From the NCBI GenBank assembly GCA_030867685.1, contig JAQOWU010000008.1:3720001-3784000 (forward strand): 64,000 nt of DNA, given 5' to 3'. The position numbers and the translations under genes were made by a program. Positions within the stretch are counted from its first letter, which is position 1. Every line of letters begins with the position of its first letter. The DNA comes from Wickerhamiella versatilis. Lineage: Eukaryota. Shown one piece after another: positions 31,443-42,978 of the stretch. Below the pieces are notes generated by a model. That model searched no databases. It worked only from the letters and a program-made list of their open reading frames with translations, and was not told the DNA's origin.

Positions 31443-32399
31443 ATGCGCTGGTTAACTTCTTCATCGTTGGTTGCATTTACGCAAGCTCAGACTTTCACCA
31501 ACTGCAATCCACTTAAAGATGATTGCCCGCCATTGAATGCCTTAGGTGGAATACACCTTGCAGATTTTACATTGGGGGAAAATCCTAGATTCAGCAGAGA
31601 AGACACAACAGGGAAAATCACTTACAACGATGAGGGAGTTAACTTTGTACTTGCTTCTCGCGGCCAAAATCCAGGAATATCTTCTGATTTTTATCTAATG
31701 TTTGGGCGCATCGAAGCACTAGTTCAAGCTGCCCCCGGAAGTGGAATCGTGTCTAGTCTTCATCTTTTAAGCAATGACCTCAGCGAAATTGACTTCGAAT
31801 TCATCGGAAATGACCCCTGTAGGTTCCAGACGAATTATTTTTCCCAAGGTTTCACCGGATCTTGGGACCGTGGTGGCTTCCACAACATATCCCCTCCACC
31901 TCAAAAAAGTTTCCATAACTATACTGTTAACTGGTTGCCCGAATTTATAGAATGGATCGTAGACGGCGAAGTTGTGCGCATGCTGTATTCGTCTGATGCA
32001 CCACATGGCTATCCCCAGACACCCATGAACATAAGACTTGGAGTATGGGCTGCTGGAGACCCGGAACTCAATAGCCCAGGCACCGTTGAGTGGTCTGGAG
32101 GCGCTGTTGACTATAATCAAGGTCCATTCATATATAAGGTAAAGAGTCTGAAGGCTGTGGACTATTCATCCGGAAAACTATATCAATATAAAGACAAAAA
32201 CGGAAGCTGGAGATCTATTGAGGCCGTTGAAGGAAAAATCTTATCATATAACACGGATGATGGCGAAGAAACCGTATCTATAGATTCTACCTGTCAGAAA
32301 TGTGAGGAGAACAAAAAACCTCCACAAAGACATAAAACCGATTCTAAGAATCCCAAGAAAAGTGGTTGGCGCTCCTTATTGAAGCCATTCCATTTCTAG
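31443..32399 (+). CDS. GH16 chitin transglycosylase of the Crh1/Crr1 family, secreted, no GPI tail
   Basis: Signal-like MRWLTSSSLVAFTQA, then CNPL..CP, catalytic EIDFE, FHNYTVNW, YPQTPM and WAAGD. The longer ORF starts at 31401. Confidence 0.85.
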   Translation: MRWLTSSSLVAFTQAQTFTNCNPLKDDCPPLNALGGIHLADFTLGENPRFSREDTTGKITYNDEGVNFVLASRGQNPGISSDFYLMFGRIEALVQAAPGSGIVSSLHLLSNDLSEIDFEFIGNDPCRFQTNYFSQGFTGSWDRGGFHNISPPPQKSFHNYTVNWLPEFIEWIVDGEVVRMLYSSDAPHGYPQTPMNIRLGVWAAGDPELNSPGTVEWSGGAVDYNQGPFIYKVKSLKAVDYSSGKLYQYKDKNGSWRSIEAVEGKILSYNTDDGEETVSIDSTCQKCEENKKPPQRHKTDSKNPKKSGWRSLLKPFHF

Positions 32400-32416
32400 C
32401 ATAACAGTGACCGAAA

Positions 32417-32456
32417 AAATATCACGTGATATTTCTGACTGACGTAACGGACCAAT
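32417..32456 (+). promoter_or_regulatory. QCR9 promoter: palindromic CACGTG E-box, TGACGTAA and CCAAT box
   Basis: Perfect 18-bp palindrome AAATATCACGTGATATTT at 32417-32434; CCAAT at 32452-32456, about 40 bp before the ATG. Confidence 0.55.
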
Positions 32457-32496
32457 CCCAAGCCATCTAACTTCCAGTCGACTCTGAAACGCTGAA

Positions 32497-32758
32497 ATGG
32501 TAAGTTCCAGTAAAAGCTTTTCTTAACTATGTCACAGAACTAACGCAGTCTTTCTCAACACGTCTCTACAACACCATCTTCCGTCGCAACTCCGTCTTCG
32601 TTGGAACTATATTCTTCACCGCCTTCTTTTACGATATCGCGTTCAACAGAAGTGTCGACACCATATTTGACCGTTTGAATCAGGGAAAACAATGGAAGGA
32701 TATCAAGTATCGCTATGTTAAGCCAGGTGAGGATGATGAAGAGGACGACGATGAGTAG
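32497..32758 (+). CDS. QCR9: Cytochrome bc1 complex subunit 9, two exons (32497-32499 and 32549-32758)
   Basis: ATG, then a 49-nt intron GTAAGT..ACTAAC-GCAG. The spliced product is MSFSTRLYNTIFRRNSVFVGTIFFTAFFYDIAFNRSVDTIFDRLNQGKQWKDIKYRY with an acidic tail. Not in the ORF track. Confidence 0.95.
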
Positions 32759-33053
32759 TGGCCAAAGCTTCATGATACATAGATCAGTGTAGTGCTTCTC
32801 AAAAATTAAGGTACCTAAAACTTAAGAAAGGTTTTTCCGCAGCTAATTTTCCCACGTTGGTGCGTTTTATATCCCATCATCTATAACATTCGGAGTTTCT
32901 AGTTAGCACTCAGGAGGTCCGAATAAATAATAAATCGACCTTCCGATATATAAGTTTGTATTTACTTATGTACCAATTTGAAAATAGTCTGTGACGATTG
33001 TACGATCTCCGAGTAGTATATTTAGATGAGAGGCGACTGCGTATTTTGTCAGC

Positions 33054-36000
33054 ATGGCCCTGCCGGATCATTGTGCAGACCTGCGTAGAAGATTACTCCA
33101 GCTACCTGAGGCATATGGTTTCCAGCACGAGAGAATCAAAGACTTAAGTGTGGAACTACGTCAGATTCTTTTGCAGTACGCCACCAATGACTTCCGTTAC
33201 ATCTCACTTCTATTTGAGAATGTTGAGGACAGGTTCAAACCTATTCCTAAAGGCGGACCCAACCATCATGGAAGACCTTGCGTTAGGAAACTTGGACGTG
33301 GAGAGCTAACTTATCGGTGCTTGACGTGCAGCTTGGACGATAATTGTGTACTTTGCAAGTACTGCTTCAATCCGGCTGATCACGAGGGACACAATGTATT
33401 CGTAAAGATAAGTAACAGAGATGATGGCGGTATATGTGACTGTGGCGATGATGAGTCCTGGACTAGACCACTCCATTGTCTGGCAGATGTTGACGGTGGC
33501 GATAAAGTTGACATTCCCTTGGCATTCGCTGATTCACTTTTATCGACCGTGAGAGTGGCATTAGACTTTTGCATTGATATCATTAGTACATCCCACCCTG
33601 GAATTCAGTTTTTTACCAGGCCCCAGCAATTTGAACAGAACGCCCGAGAGTCTGAGTTTTATCCCAATGATGTTAATGGTGGTGGAAAGTATATTCTGAC
33701 AATGTGGCACGATGAGAAAAGATCATATAACGATTGCTATAGTGACGTCGAGCTTTCCACTGGCAGGACGCTTGGCTTTGCTCGTATGCTAGCTCATCAC
33801 CTCGAGACACATGGTAGGGCGACGTTAGCAATATCATCCAGTCTCGAATACTTGCTCCACAAAAAGTCTCTTGTAAAACACTTTGCCTGCTCTATAAGGA
33901 CTATGCGCGATTATATTCGTGAAGAAATGGCTGATGTTTGCTTCAGATGGATTTTGGAAGTGGCGCAATGTAGGGTGATTGGTGCAAAACAAGGCGCGCT
34001 GGCTGATATAGTAGGAAAGGCTCTTCTAGAGAATTGGAATATTGGAAATCCGAGCATTTGCCGTGCATCTAGTGCCCGAAGTGCTTTCAACACTAGCCTT
34101 GACGATAGTAGTGTTGGCTCAAACAATTCTCTATCAACAATAACCAGGTTTGCACAACCTGCTTGGGCACATGCATTGCTCGATGGTAGTCAGGTACCTG
34201 TATTGCAAGTAGAATCCCAACTTGCCTCTCCTCCGCCTCCCCAGCCAATCTACCGCGAAGAGAGTGATGCTGAGATAGATACAGTAGGTTTGAGATTCAG
34301 TGATGTTGTCGCTGAAGAAGAATTATCATCTTCTCAAAATGTTTCGTTAGCTGACCCAGTAACTTCTTTAACCTCGCCTATCTGGGGCGCCTGTGGCCCT
34401 CCGAGAACTGGCTTTGAGAGAGTTCGATACCTTATATTTTTTGACATCCGGCTTTGGCGCTCTCTGAGGACTTGCTTAACAGATATATATGTTGCAGCGC
34501 TAATAACGTCCCCAGAACATAAGGCTAAGCTTGGAGATATCTATGCGGACTTGTATCCACAAATTGCAGAAATGTACGTGCTTATCGACCGTGAGCCAGA
34601 AGTAAATGTCATATGCTCTCTATCAACACAGCTGTTCACCACCGCCAGCATAGCTACTCATTTGATAAGTTCTGAGGATATTTTTTCTCGATATTTGGCG
34701 GCGCTTTATTGTCTGTTCACAAAGCACCAAGTGGGACCACCGCAATCGGTCAGACTTGGAGTTCACTTGGCCCTTGGTACGCCGATGTTCCGAAATCGTC
34801 GTCTTGGACAGTTGTTTCACGAATTGGAATTCTTGCTTGAACGAAATACAAAGAAAGATTCGGTAGTGGCCTCTCCTCGACGAATGATGCAAACTGCTGA
34901 TTTCTTGTCACTATTTCAAAGCCTTTCACCATTGAAGCGTCAAACAGAAAAACATGTAGAATATGAGAGTGAAAGTTGGGTGTACTTTTTCACGACTATT
35001 CCTTCGATATTGCAGTTATCACACGCTGTTGCCGAGGGTGTCTCACATGTTCCTTTGTCTGAATGTGCCAGAAGCATATTTTTAGTGGCTCAATCCCTAG
35101 GGAAGTGGTCGAAGAAGTTGGTGGAACGGTTACGTCCTAATCTTGCCATTTCGAAAACGGTTTCGGTTACATTTTCTGGGATTGAAATCACAAGGGACCT
35201 CGGTGCTCTGACCGTACATTCAGATCTTGTAAGTTTACATCATCCTGTAAATGCGTTTCTTTCATGCCTTATTCAATATGCGCGCATACCTGACATTAAC
35301 ACACTCAGATCATTACTGTTCAGTAATGATATGTCTGACTATGAAAAGTTGCTTCTTTTCGATCCAACATTTCGTACTTTGGCTTTTTTGAGTGAGGTAT
35401 ATGTTGGACTTTGGGTTCGGAATGGGTACACTGTCAGGAGTCAGCTGCACCATTACCGGGAAAGCACACTTCGAGACATTGCTTATTCTAGGGATATATT
35501 CTGGGCCCAAGTTGCTTTGATAGCGCTTGATCCAAATCAAGCATTTATGTCGTTGCTGGATAGGTGGGACATGGTTGGCTGGGCTACCAGTGAGCTCTTT
35601 GACGATTCGCAACGTATTTATATGCTAGAGGAGTTCGTTCATACTCTGACATTCTTACTTGTTGACCGGGTTCGTCTCCAGGGTGATGATGAGGAGACTA
35701 CCAGGCGTAACTCGTTCAAGCAAGAGATCATACAATGTCTAGGATTCGGTCCAATGAGTTATGGTGACCTTGTTGGCCAGATCCCAGACTCAATGGCGTC
35801 TGATGAGGCTTTTGATTCGGTTCTTTTAGAGTGTGCAACATTTCGCTCCCCTCAAGGTCTAAATGACGTCGGAATTTACACTCTCAAACCAGAATTATTA
35901 ACTTATTTTGACCCGCATTACACTCATTATTCGCTGGCTCGAATAGAAGAGGCCGAAAAAATATTTGGAGAGCCTTCAAAATCTGTCCACTGTCCTAGTC

Positions 36001-38357
36001 TTCTACCTTTGAAAGGAATGTGGTCTCACCTTGGGCACTTCACAAGGTCTGTAGCGTTTGGTCGCTTTATTTTTTATTCTCTTTCTGCCTTGTCAACTTC
36101 TGAAAGTGAAACGACTATTTCTTCTCTTCTTTATCTACTTACTATGGCTGCTCAGGACGATCTGAGCCGTCCTTCCACGAGTAGAAGCGTGACTTTTCAT
36201 GGTGTTTACGACTCTTTCACGGAACTCATGTTGCGGAACGATAGTGGAGAGTCCATATTGCAGAAGATAACCCATATAATGTCAAATTCAAGTCTCAAAT
36301 CGATACGAATTCGATGCCACAAATTATTCTCGATTCTTCATGAGCTCGACGACACCATTGAGGTCCCTCCCTTGCCCAATGCGTCAGATGACCACTTTGA
36401 AAAGAAGCGCAAGAAAGGACGGGAAATGCAACAGAAGGTTCTGGAGGATTTTGAACGTCAGCAGCAACAATTTGTGCAATCACTCGATGCAGAACTTGAA
36501 TCTGATGAAGAACAGGGGGTTGTGGAAGATGCGTGGAGATATCCAGCCAACCAGTGTATCATGTGCCGCATGCCTGATATCGATGACTCTATATTTGGAA
36601 TAATGACGTTTTCTAGTGGGGCTCGAATACACCGTACACTTCCTTCTTCATCTTTATGGGTTCGCGAAGGCTTCAAGGGAGGTGCATCCCTTGATGCTGA
36701 CGCGCCCGAAGAGTCTCTTGAGTCTGAGGAAATTATTGGGCCCCCTTATCCCCAGCATTCCTCACGTTCTTCAACACTTGTTGGTGGCTGTGGACATGGA
36801 ATACATTACAAATGCTTTGTGGAGTTTCAGCGCAATGCGAGATCAAGAGCAATAGCTCAATTGGCTCGCTTAGCCCCAGAGAATGTTGTCAAGCAAGAAT
36901 TCTTGTGTCCGCTGTGCCGCGGCCTCAATAATGGATTTATGCCAGTTTTATGGAGCTGCAACAGACTAAGTGCTAGTGAATTTCTGGGCCAGCCCGAAAA
37001 TGGCGACTTACTCTTTGAGCCTGCTAGAGGTGACATCAATCGGCTACGCTCCGCCAGCCGCCAGGATCTTCAACCAAAGTATGCTCAAGCTCTTGATTGC
37101 ATCGACCGGCTCGATCAACCGTTTCCTAAAAATGTGCATGAGGTTCTTCTCACCCAAATGCTTCGCATTAAAGATGTGAGAGCTATGTCCTCACCGAAAT
37201 TCCATGGGCTTCAGCCAATCTTTAGTGCTCTAGCTGATACTCTCAGCGCTCGGGAGATATCTTTGAGAGGAATTGCATCAGCAAAGCCTTTTGGCGGGAT
37301 AATAGTGGATCAACTGCCGTCAAAAACAACACAATTGTTGAGGGTATTGTCAAAATATGTAAGCACATTGACGGGTTATGTCTACGATGGATGTATTCAG
37401 ATCCGGCGGTTCCAGCAGATAAGCGTGGAGGAATGGCAATTACCATGGCTCAAGGCTGATTCTGATCCATTCCAGTCTCTGGTAGAATTGATTATGGTCA
37501 CTTGTCCCCTTCAGAAAGTGAGCCCGCAGACTGCATTACGGTCTTGTTATGCACTGTCCTTGTTGCAAGCGCTTCGTGCGTTTGATGATGGTCTGTCGGA
37601 GAAACTGGGTAATGTCTTTGAGAGCCGACAAACCCCTCCAGAAAGTGTTAGTTCTGAATTGATGAAATGGGTTGCTCGAGATCCGCGTGTAGTTTATTCT
37701 GTTCTCCAGCGTTATGCAACAATCTTCCTGAGACAGGCTAGTTTGCTTGTTTTCAGTCTATGTGCTTCCTATGATGCTGATGACTTTGCTTGCATGCAAA
37801 GTGTACCTGAGCATGATCGTCTGGCTTTATATCTCGGTTTACCGCCCCTTGATGATGTGATATTGAATCTGTCAAAGGAAAGGCTTGCTTTCGAGGTCGT
37901 GTCGCGTGGAGCAGCTCGTCCACTCGCATATCCAGGCATTTATCGCCTACTCAAGCTACCTCCCAGGTTAGATATGTTCTTCAATTTGTCAGACCGAGGA
38001 TTTAGTGGTGATCCTGCAGTATGTCTTTTCTGTGGAGCCACAGTAAAAACACAACATGGTGGTGCATGCAATGAACATGTAATGCATTGCGCCCAAGACT
38101 ACGGTATCTTTTTGCTTCCTCGACGCAATGTTTTGTTATTGCTACTTAATGACGCTCGGGGAATATTCGTCCCAGCTCCCTATCTCGACCTCCATGGGGA
38201 GCCAGATGAATGCATGCGTAGAGGCCGACCTCATTTTCTTCAACCGAAACGCTATGATACCATGGCTTGTCAGTTCTGGCTCCAGAACGAAATTTTCTCC
38301 TATGTCCTGCGGAAACTTGATCAAAATTCTGACAATGGAGGTTGGGAAACATTGTGA
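33054..38357 (+). CDS. UBR1: N-end rule E3 ubiquitin ligase
   Basis: UBR box (YRCLTC..CVLCKYCF..HEGH..GICDCGD), RING (CIMC..CGHGIHYKC..FLCPLC) and C-terminal PYLDLHGE. Confidence 0.93.
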   Translation: MALPDHCADLRRRLLQLPEAYGFQHERIKDLSVELRQILLQYATNDFRYISLLFENVEDRFKPIPKGGPNHHGRPCVRKLGRGELTYRCLTCSLDDNCVLCKYCFNPADHEGHNVFVKISNRDDGGICDCGDDESWTRPLHCLADVDGGDKVDIPLAFADSLLSTVRVALDFCIDIISTSHPGIQFFTRPQQFEQNARESEFYPNDVNGGGKYILTMWHDEKRSYNDCYSDVELSTGRTLGFARMLAHHLETHGRATLAISSSLEYLLHKKSLVKHFACSIRTMRDYIREEMADVCFRWILEVAQCRVIGAKQGALADIVGKALLENWNIGNPSICRASSARSAFNTSLDDSSVGSNNSLSTITRFAQPAWAHALLDGSQVPVLQVESQLASPPPPQPIYREESDAEIDTVGLRFSDVVAEEELSSSQNVSLADPVTSLTSPIWGACGPPRTGFERVRYLIFFDIRLWRSLRTCLTDIYVAALITSPEHKAKLGDIYADLYPQIAEMYVLIDREPEVNVICSLSTQLFTTASIATHLISSEDIFSRYLAALYCLFTKHQVGPPQSVRLGVHLALGTPMFRNRRLGQLFHELEFLLERNTKKDSVVASPRRMMQTADFLSLFQSLSPLKRQTEKHVEYESESWVYFFTTIPSILQLSHAVAEGVSHVPLSECARSIFLVAQSLGKWSKKLVERLRPNLAISKTVSVTFSGIEITRDLGALTVHSDLVSLHHPVNAFLSCLIQYARIPDINTLRSLLFSNDMSDYEKLLLFDPTFRTLAFLSEVYVGLWVRNGYTVRSQLHHYRESTLRDIAYSRDIFWAQVALIALDPNQAFMSLLDRWDMVGWATSELFDDSQRIYMLEEFVHTLTFLLVDRVRLQGDDEETTRRNSFKQEIIQCLGFGPMSYGDLVGQIPDSMASDEAFDSVLLECATFRSPQGLNDVGIYTLKPELLTYFDPHYTHYSLARIEEAEKIFGEPSKSVHCPSLLPLKGMWSHLGHFTRSVAFGRFIFYSLSALSTSESETTISSLLYLLTMAAQDDLSRPSTSRSVTFHGVYDSFTELMLRNDSGESILQKITHIMSNSSLKSIRIRCHKLFSILHELDDTIEVPPLPNASDDHFEKKRKKGREMQQKVLEDFERQQQQFVQSLDAELESDEEQGVVEDAWRYPANQCIMCRMPDIDDSIFGIMTFSSGARIHRTLPSSSLWVREGFKGGASLDADAPEESLESEEIIGPPYPQHSSRSSTLVGGCGHGIHYKCFVEFQRNARSRAIAQLARLAPENVVKQEFLCPLCRGLNNGFMPVLWSCNRLSASEFLGQPENGDLLFEPARGDINRLRSASRQDLQPKYAQALDCIDRLDQPFPKNVHEVLLTQMLRIKDVRAMSSPKFHGLQPIFSALADTLSAREISLRGIASAKPFGGIIVDQLPSKTTQLLRVLSKYVSTLTGYVYDGCIQIRRFQQISVEEWQLPWLKADSDPFQSLVELIMVTCPLQKVSPQTALRSCYALSLLQALRAFDDGLSEKLGNVFESRQTPPESVSSELMKWVARDPRVVYSVLQRYATIFLRQASLLVFSLCASYDADDFACMQSVPEHDRLALYLGLPPLDDVILNLSKERLAFEVVSRGAARPLAYPGIYRLLKLPPRLDMFFNLSDRGFSGDPAVCLFCGATVKTQHGGACNEHVMHCAQDYGIFLLPRRNVLLLLLNDARGIFVPAPYLDLHGEPDECMRRGRPHFLQPKRYDTMACQFWLQNEIFSYVLRKLDQNSDNGGWETL

Positions 38358-38929
38358 TGCGTTCCTTGTATGTATCTATCTATTTATCTATATTGTTAAC
38401 TATGGAAGGTCGGCCTAATATATTATAGATAAATCTCTATTTTTGGCTTAGAATAACCATAACTCGTTGATATTTCTACAAGCGAAGCGCCTCTATAATT
38501 TATGTTCAATAGTTCAACCATATCATGAGATTCGACTAACACACATCTAGGTAGCACTTGCACTTGTATTCATGCATTATTAGGTTTGCTTTTGTTCATT
38601 ATTACATTTTACTATGATGACGGTATATTTTCGGCCGAGACTTCGGTATGCGAACCTTGCCCTATTGTTTGACACAAATGTCCGTTGTCCCTTGTAATGT
38701 TTATTTAACTATCTGCTGCTGGCTAAATTTTTGGAATTTTTCATACGCTCGAGATTTTTGAAGGGTTTAATAGACTATAATTTTCGTGCTAGTTCTATTA
38801 ATCTTGTTAATCTTGCCCTTTTGAGGCTTCGATATTGGCTCCGTCCTCACTGTGGAGAAATGCATATAGGCGATACACCAGTATGCAGAGTTTAGGGTTA
38901 AAAGCTTTGGTTAAAGCCAATTAAAGTGA

Positions 38930-39973
<1,044 letters not shown>

Positions 39974-40206
39974 AATTAGAAACCTAAATAGAACTGGCGT
40001 TTAAGGATAAGGCGAGACCTTTTTAAAAAATGTTAAATCGCTATCGCTCTGCTACATTTCTTTATTCAGTTCCAGCAAGCATACAATTGATGAGAGGGCC
40101 ATTAATTAGCTTGAAACCAAATTCAAGCCGATATCTCGTCCTGAACTTAATTTCGAGGCCTTACGCCAAAGTTTCATGGAGTCTAATAGTATAATGGCAT
40201 CCTCTT

Positions 40207-41391
40207 CTATTGGCTGATGTCCATTTTTTCCGCTGAATTTTTCACATCTTCAACTGTTGGACCTCCAGTGCTGCTTTCATCGCTTTTGTCCTGCTTTCCT
40301 GACGCACCAGCATACTTTGTTCCTATTTTCTTGACCTTCTTCTTCTTACCCTGCGGAGCTTCAGGAGGAGGATAGGCTTTCTTTTCAATGGTTGCAAACT
40401 CCGTATCCTCAAGAAGTATCTTCCGAATCGGCTCGAGTATTTCATTGATCGCATCGACCACACCAATTTTCAGGTCAGCAGGAGACAGCTTATCAGCAGC
40501 ATAATCAGATTTAAGATCGTCTATCGTGTGGTAAGTGATAGGGCCGCCCCATTTCTCGTCCCTATTTATGAAGAATTTCGGCTCGCCCGACTTAATGTCG
40601 GACACGGGAAAAACGACATACTCCACGAAACCAATAAGGCCGTTACCCTCCACCTGTCCAGGAGCAGAAAATGCCTTTGCTATCTTCTTCTTGACGGTAG
40701 TAGGATCATCCAAGAGATCTAACTTTGAATTCGGATCGCTGGCACTCATTTTTCCGCCAGCACCCAGACCGGGTACCATAGGGTTCATAAGATGCGCTCG
40801 TTTCTTATAGCCAATGAGGGGTAGCTGCTCTTCCGCAAGTACAAAAATTTTACGCTGATCAACGCCGCCAAACTGGGCATCCACGTGAAGATACTCCTCG
40901 TCTAATGCTTGCATCAGCGGGTACATTAGACCACTGAGAGCTGGATTATCCGTCTGCTTCACAACCTCTGCCCCCGCGCGCTTGCAACTATTTTGACTTG
41001 TGAGATTTGAGAGCTTGAAAAGATCCATTGTATAATCAGGTTGCAACTGATATGACTTTCCGACAACAAATTGCAATTTCTCGATAGGGACTCCAATACC
41101 TCTCAGCATAGCCTTTACAGTACGTTCATAATAAGACACACGATACTGCAGGACATCTAGAGGTGCCTTCATGTTGTCGAGAAAAGCATGGAGGTCTGCA
41201 AGTAAAACGACAACCTCGCAGTCTGCCTTGAGAAAATCTGCGATTTTCGCCATGGGCACTAGATATCCGCAGTGAGTCTTACCTGTTGGTGCAGTTCCCC
41301 AGTAAACACGGATTTTGCGCCCTTCCTGCACAGCCTGGTCAAGTACCTGAGGATTCAGAACCTCCTGGAGATTTCTCTTGATCAGATCCAT
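40207..41391 (-). CDS. TYS1: Cytoplasmic tyrosyl-tRNA synthetase
   Basis: YWGTAPTGKTHCGY, YPLMQALDEEYL, QFGGVDQRKIF, KMSAS. An upstream in-frame ATG exists at 41469. Confidence 0.95.
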   Translation of the reverse strand: MDLIKRNLQEVLNPQVLDQAVQEGRKIRVYWGTAPTGKTHCGYLVPMAKIADFLKADCEVVVLLADLHAFLDNMKAPLDVLQYRVSYYERTVKAMLRGIGVPIEKLQFVVGKSYQLQPDYTMDLFKLSNLTSQNSCKRAGAEVVKQTDNPALSGLMYPLMQALDEEYLHVDAQFGGVDQRKIFVLAEEQLPLIGYKKRAHLMNPMVPGLGAGGKMSASDPNSKLDLLDDPTTVKKKIAKAFSAPGQVEGNGLIGFVEYVVFPVSDIKSGEPKFFINRDEKWGGPITYHTIDDLKSDYAADKLSPADLKIGVVDAINEILEPIRKILLEDTEFATIEKKAYPPPEAPQGKKKKVKKIGTKYAGASGKQDKSDESSTGGPTVEDVKNSAEKMDISQ

Positions 41392-41483
41392 CCGGTATAT
41401 TGACAATATGAGTAATCTAGCTTCGATTATATCTCTGAAACACCAAAGCTTGCAAGTTTTGGACAACATATGAGAAATAAGAC

Positions 41484-41536
41484 ATATATATATATAGATA
41501 TAGATATAGATCGATATAGATATAGATATGGATAGA
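41484..41536. repeat. (TA)n/(GATATA)n microsatellite
   Basis: atatatatatatagatatagatatagatcgatatagatatagatatggatagat in the divergent TYS1/Snf1-beta intergenic region. Confidence 0.85.
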
Positions 41537-41739
41537 TCTCTAGCTGTGCACCGTCTCTATATTATACGGGCTTTGGGCCTTAGGATGTCTCTCATAAAAT
41601 TCCAATTAGATATATACTATTTTGTATTATATATATTGTAGAGAGCAGTGTCATTTCTCTCAAATTTTTGATCGTCTACCTCTCCTAATTCCCAGTAAAT
41701 CGCAGCCCCTCAGGAGTCCTTCCGGATTATTAATCCCTT

Positions 41740-42639
41740 ATGGGTCCTGGAAGTCCTAGTGCTTTCCCCCCTGGTGCGTCACAGGATGGTGAAAGCGAAT
41801 TTGCCGAATTCGTTGAGGATGTAGATGCTGAAGCTGACGTGGCGCATGAGGTCGAAGAGACCCAACCGCAGCCTCAGAGACCAGGCCTCTCAAGACGAAG
41901 TACGGTTATCTTGAAAGATGACGACATCCAACAGGATGCTAATGTAGAAACGGAGGGTCCACTTTCGCGCGCAGGAAGTGGTGAGCAGCTTGATCTTGGC
42001 TCTCAGACAGCACAGCATCCCACTGATGGTCTCGTCGAAACTGTCATTGAATGGAAAGAAGGTGGTAACAGCGTATATGTCACTGGTAGTTTTACGGGCT
42101 GGCGACAAATGATTCCAATGCGCCAATTTGACTCAAACACTTTTGCAGTAGTGCTCAAATTAGCTCCAGGTACGCATCGTCTCCGCTTTGTGGTTGATGG
42201 TGAGCTTCGTTGTTCGGACTACATGCAGACTGCTACAGATAGTATGGGCAATCTTGTCAACTATATGGAGGTTGAGGAGGTTCGCCCAATAATACAGGAA
42301 CCATATGAGTCTCTGGAGACAGTAGCTCAAAAAGCGCCCGATTATGAATATACCCAGGAAATTCCAGAAATTTTCGTTGAGCCTGAGGCGCTGGAGCGTT
42401 TAGCATCGTCAGATTTCACCACACCTCCACAGGTCCCACCACATCTTGACGGTGTTATTCTAAACGCTAACTGGTCTGAGAAAGACAATAACTCGGTGCT
42501 TCCTATCCCGAATCATGTCGTGCTTAACCACCTTGCAACTACCTCTATCAAACACAATGTTCTTGCCGTTGCGTCCGTTTCGCGCTATGCGTCTAAGTAC
42601 GTGACGCAAATCCTCTATTCGCCGATTGCTGGCTCGTAA
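41740..42639 (+). CDS. Snf1/AMPK beta subunit (Gal83/Sip2 family)
   Basis: Glycogen-binding domain (VYVTGSFTGW, PGTHRLRFVVDG) and ASC domain (LPIPNHVVLNHL..SIKHNVLAVA..KYVTQILY). Confidence 0.92.
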   Translation: MGPGSPSAFPPGASQDGESEFAEFVEDVDAEADVAHEVEETQPQPQRPGLSRRSTVILKDDDIQQDANVETEGPLSRAGSGEQLDLGSQTAQHPTDGLVETVIEWKEGGNSVYVTGSFTGWRQMIPMRQFDSNTFAVVLKLAPGTHRLRFVVDGELRCSDYMQTATDSMGNLVNYMEVEEVRPIIQEPYESLETVAQKAPDYEYTQEIPEIFVEPEALERLASSDFTTPPQVPPHLDGVILNANWSEKDNNSVLPIPNHVVLNHLATTSIKHNVLAVASVSRYASKYVTQILYSPIAGS

Positions 42640-42978
42640 TGGTTGAGCAAAACACCGATTATTTGGTCACCCATTTGGTGAGTAAATCTACCTATCATAG
42701 AAATGTATAATATTTTGAGAGCAAATTCTGAAGAAATAGCTAATATATTGAAAACCAAACCACCTGCTCGCACTCCATGTCCTACACATAACTGAATGGG
42801 GCTGAGCAGCCCCCCCCCGCCCATACATTCTTTCGTTGCTACTCACATCGAAGCTGGCAAGACTTTTTTTCTTAAACGTATGTATTCCTATTTAATAGCT
42901 CTTAATCTGTGGAGCAATTTTGTGTTGTGACTTTAATCGGGTAATGCGCGTGTAGTAATCCACGTTCCACGTCCCTTG

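Noticed and set aside
32555-32773. 72-aa hydrophobic minus-strand ORF
   Set aside because: It is antisense to QCR9 exon 2, which explains the region.
38671-38679. MSE-like GACACAAAT upstream of the atypical GAPDH
   Set aside because: A single short match with no supporting evidence.
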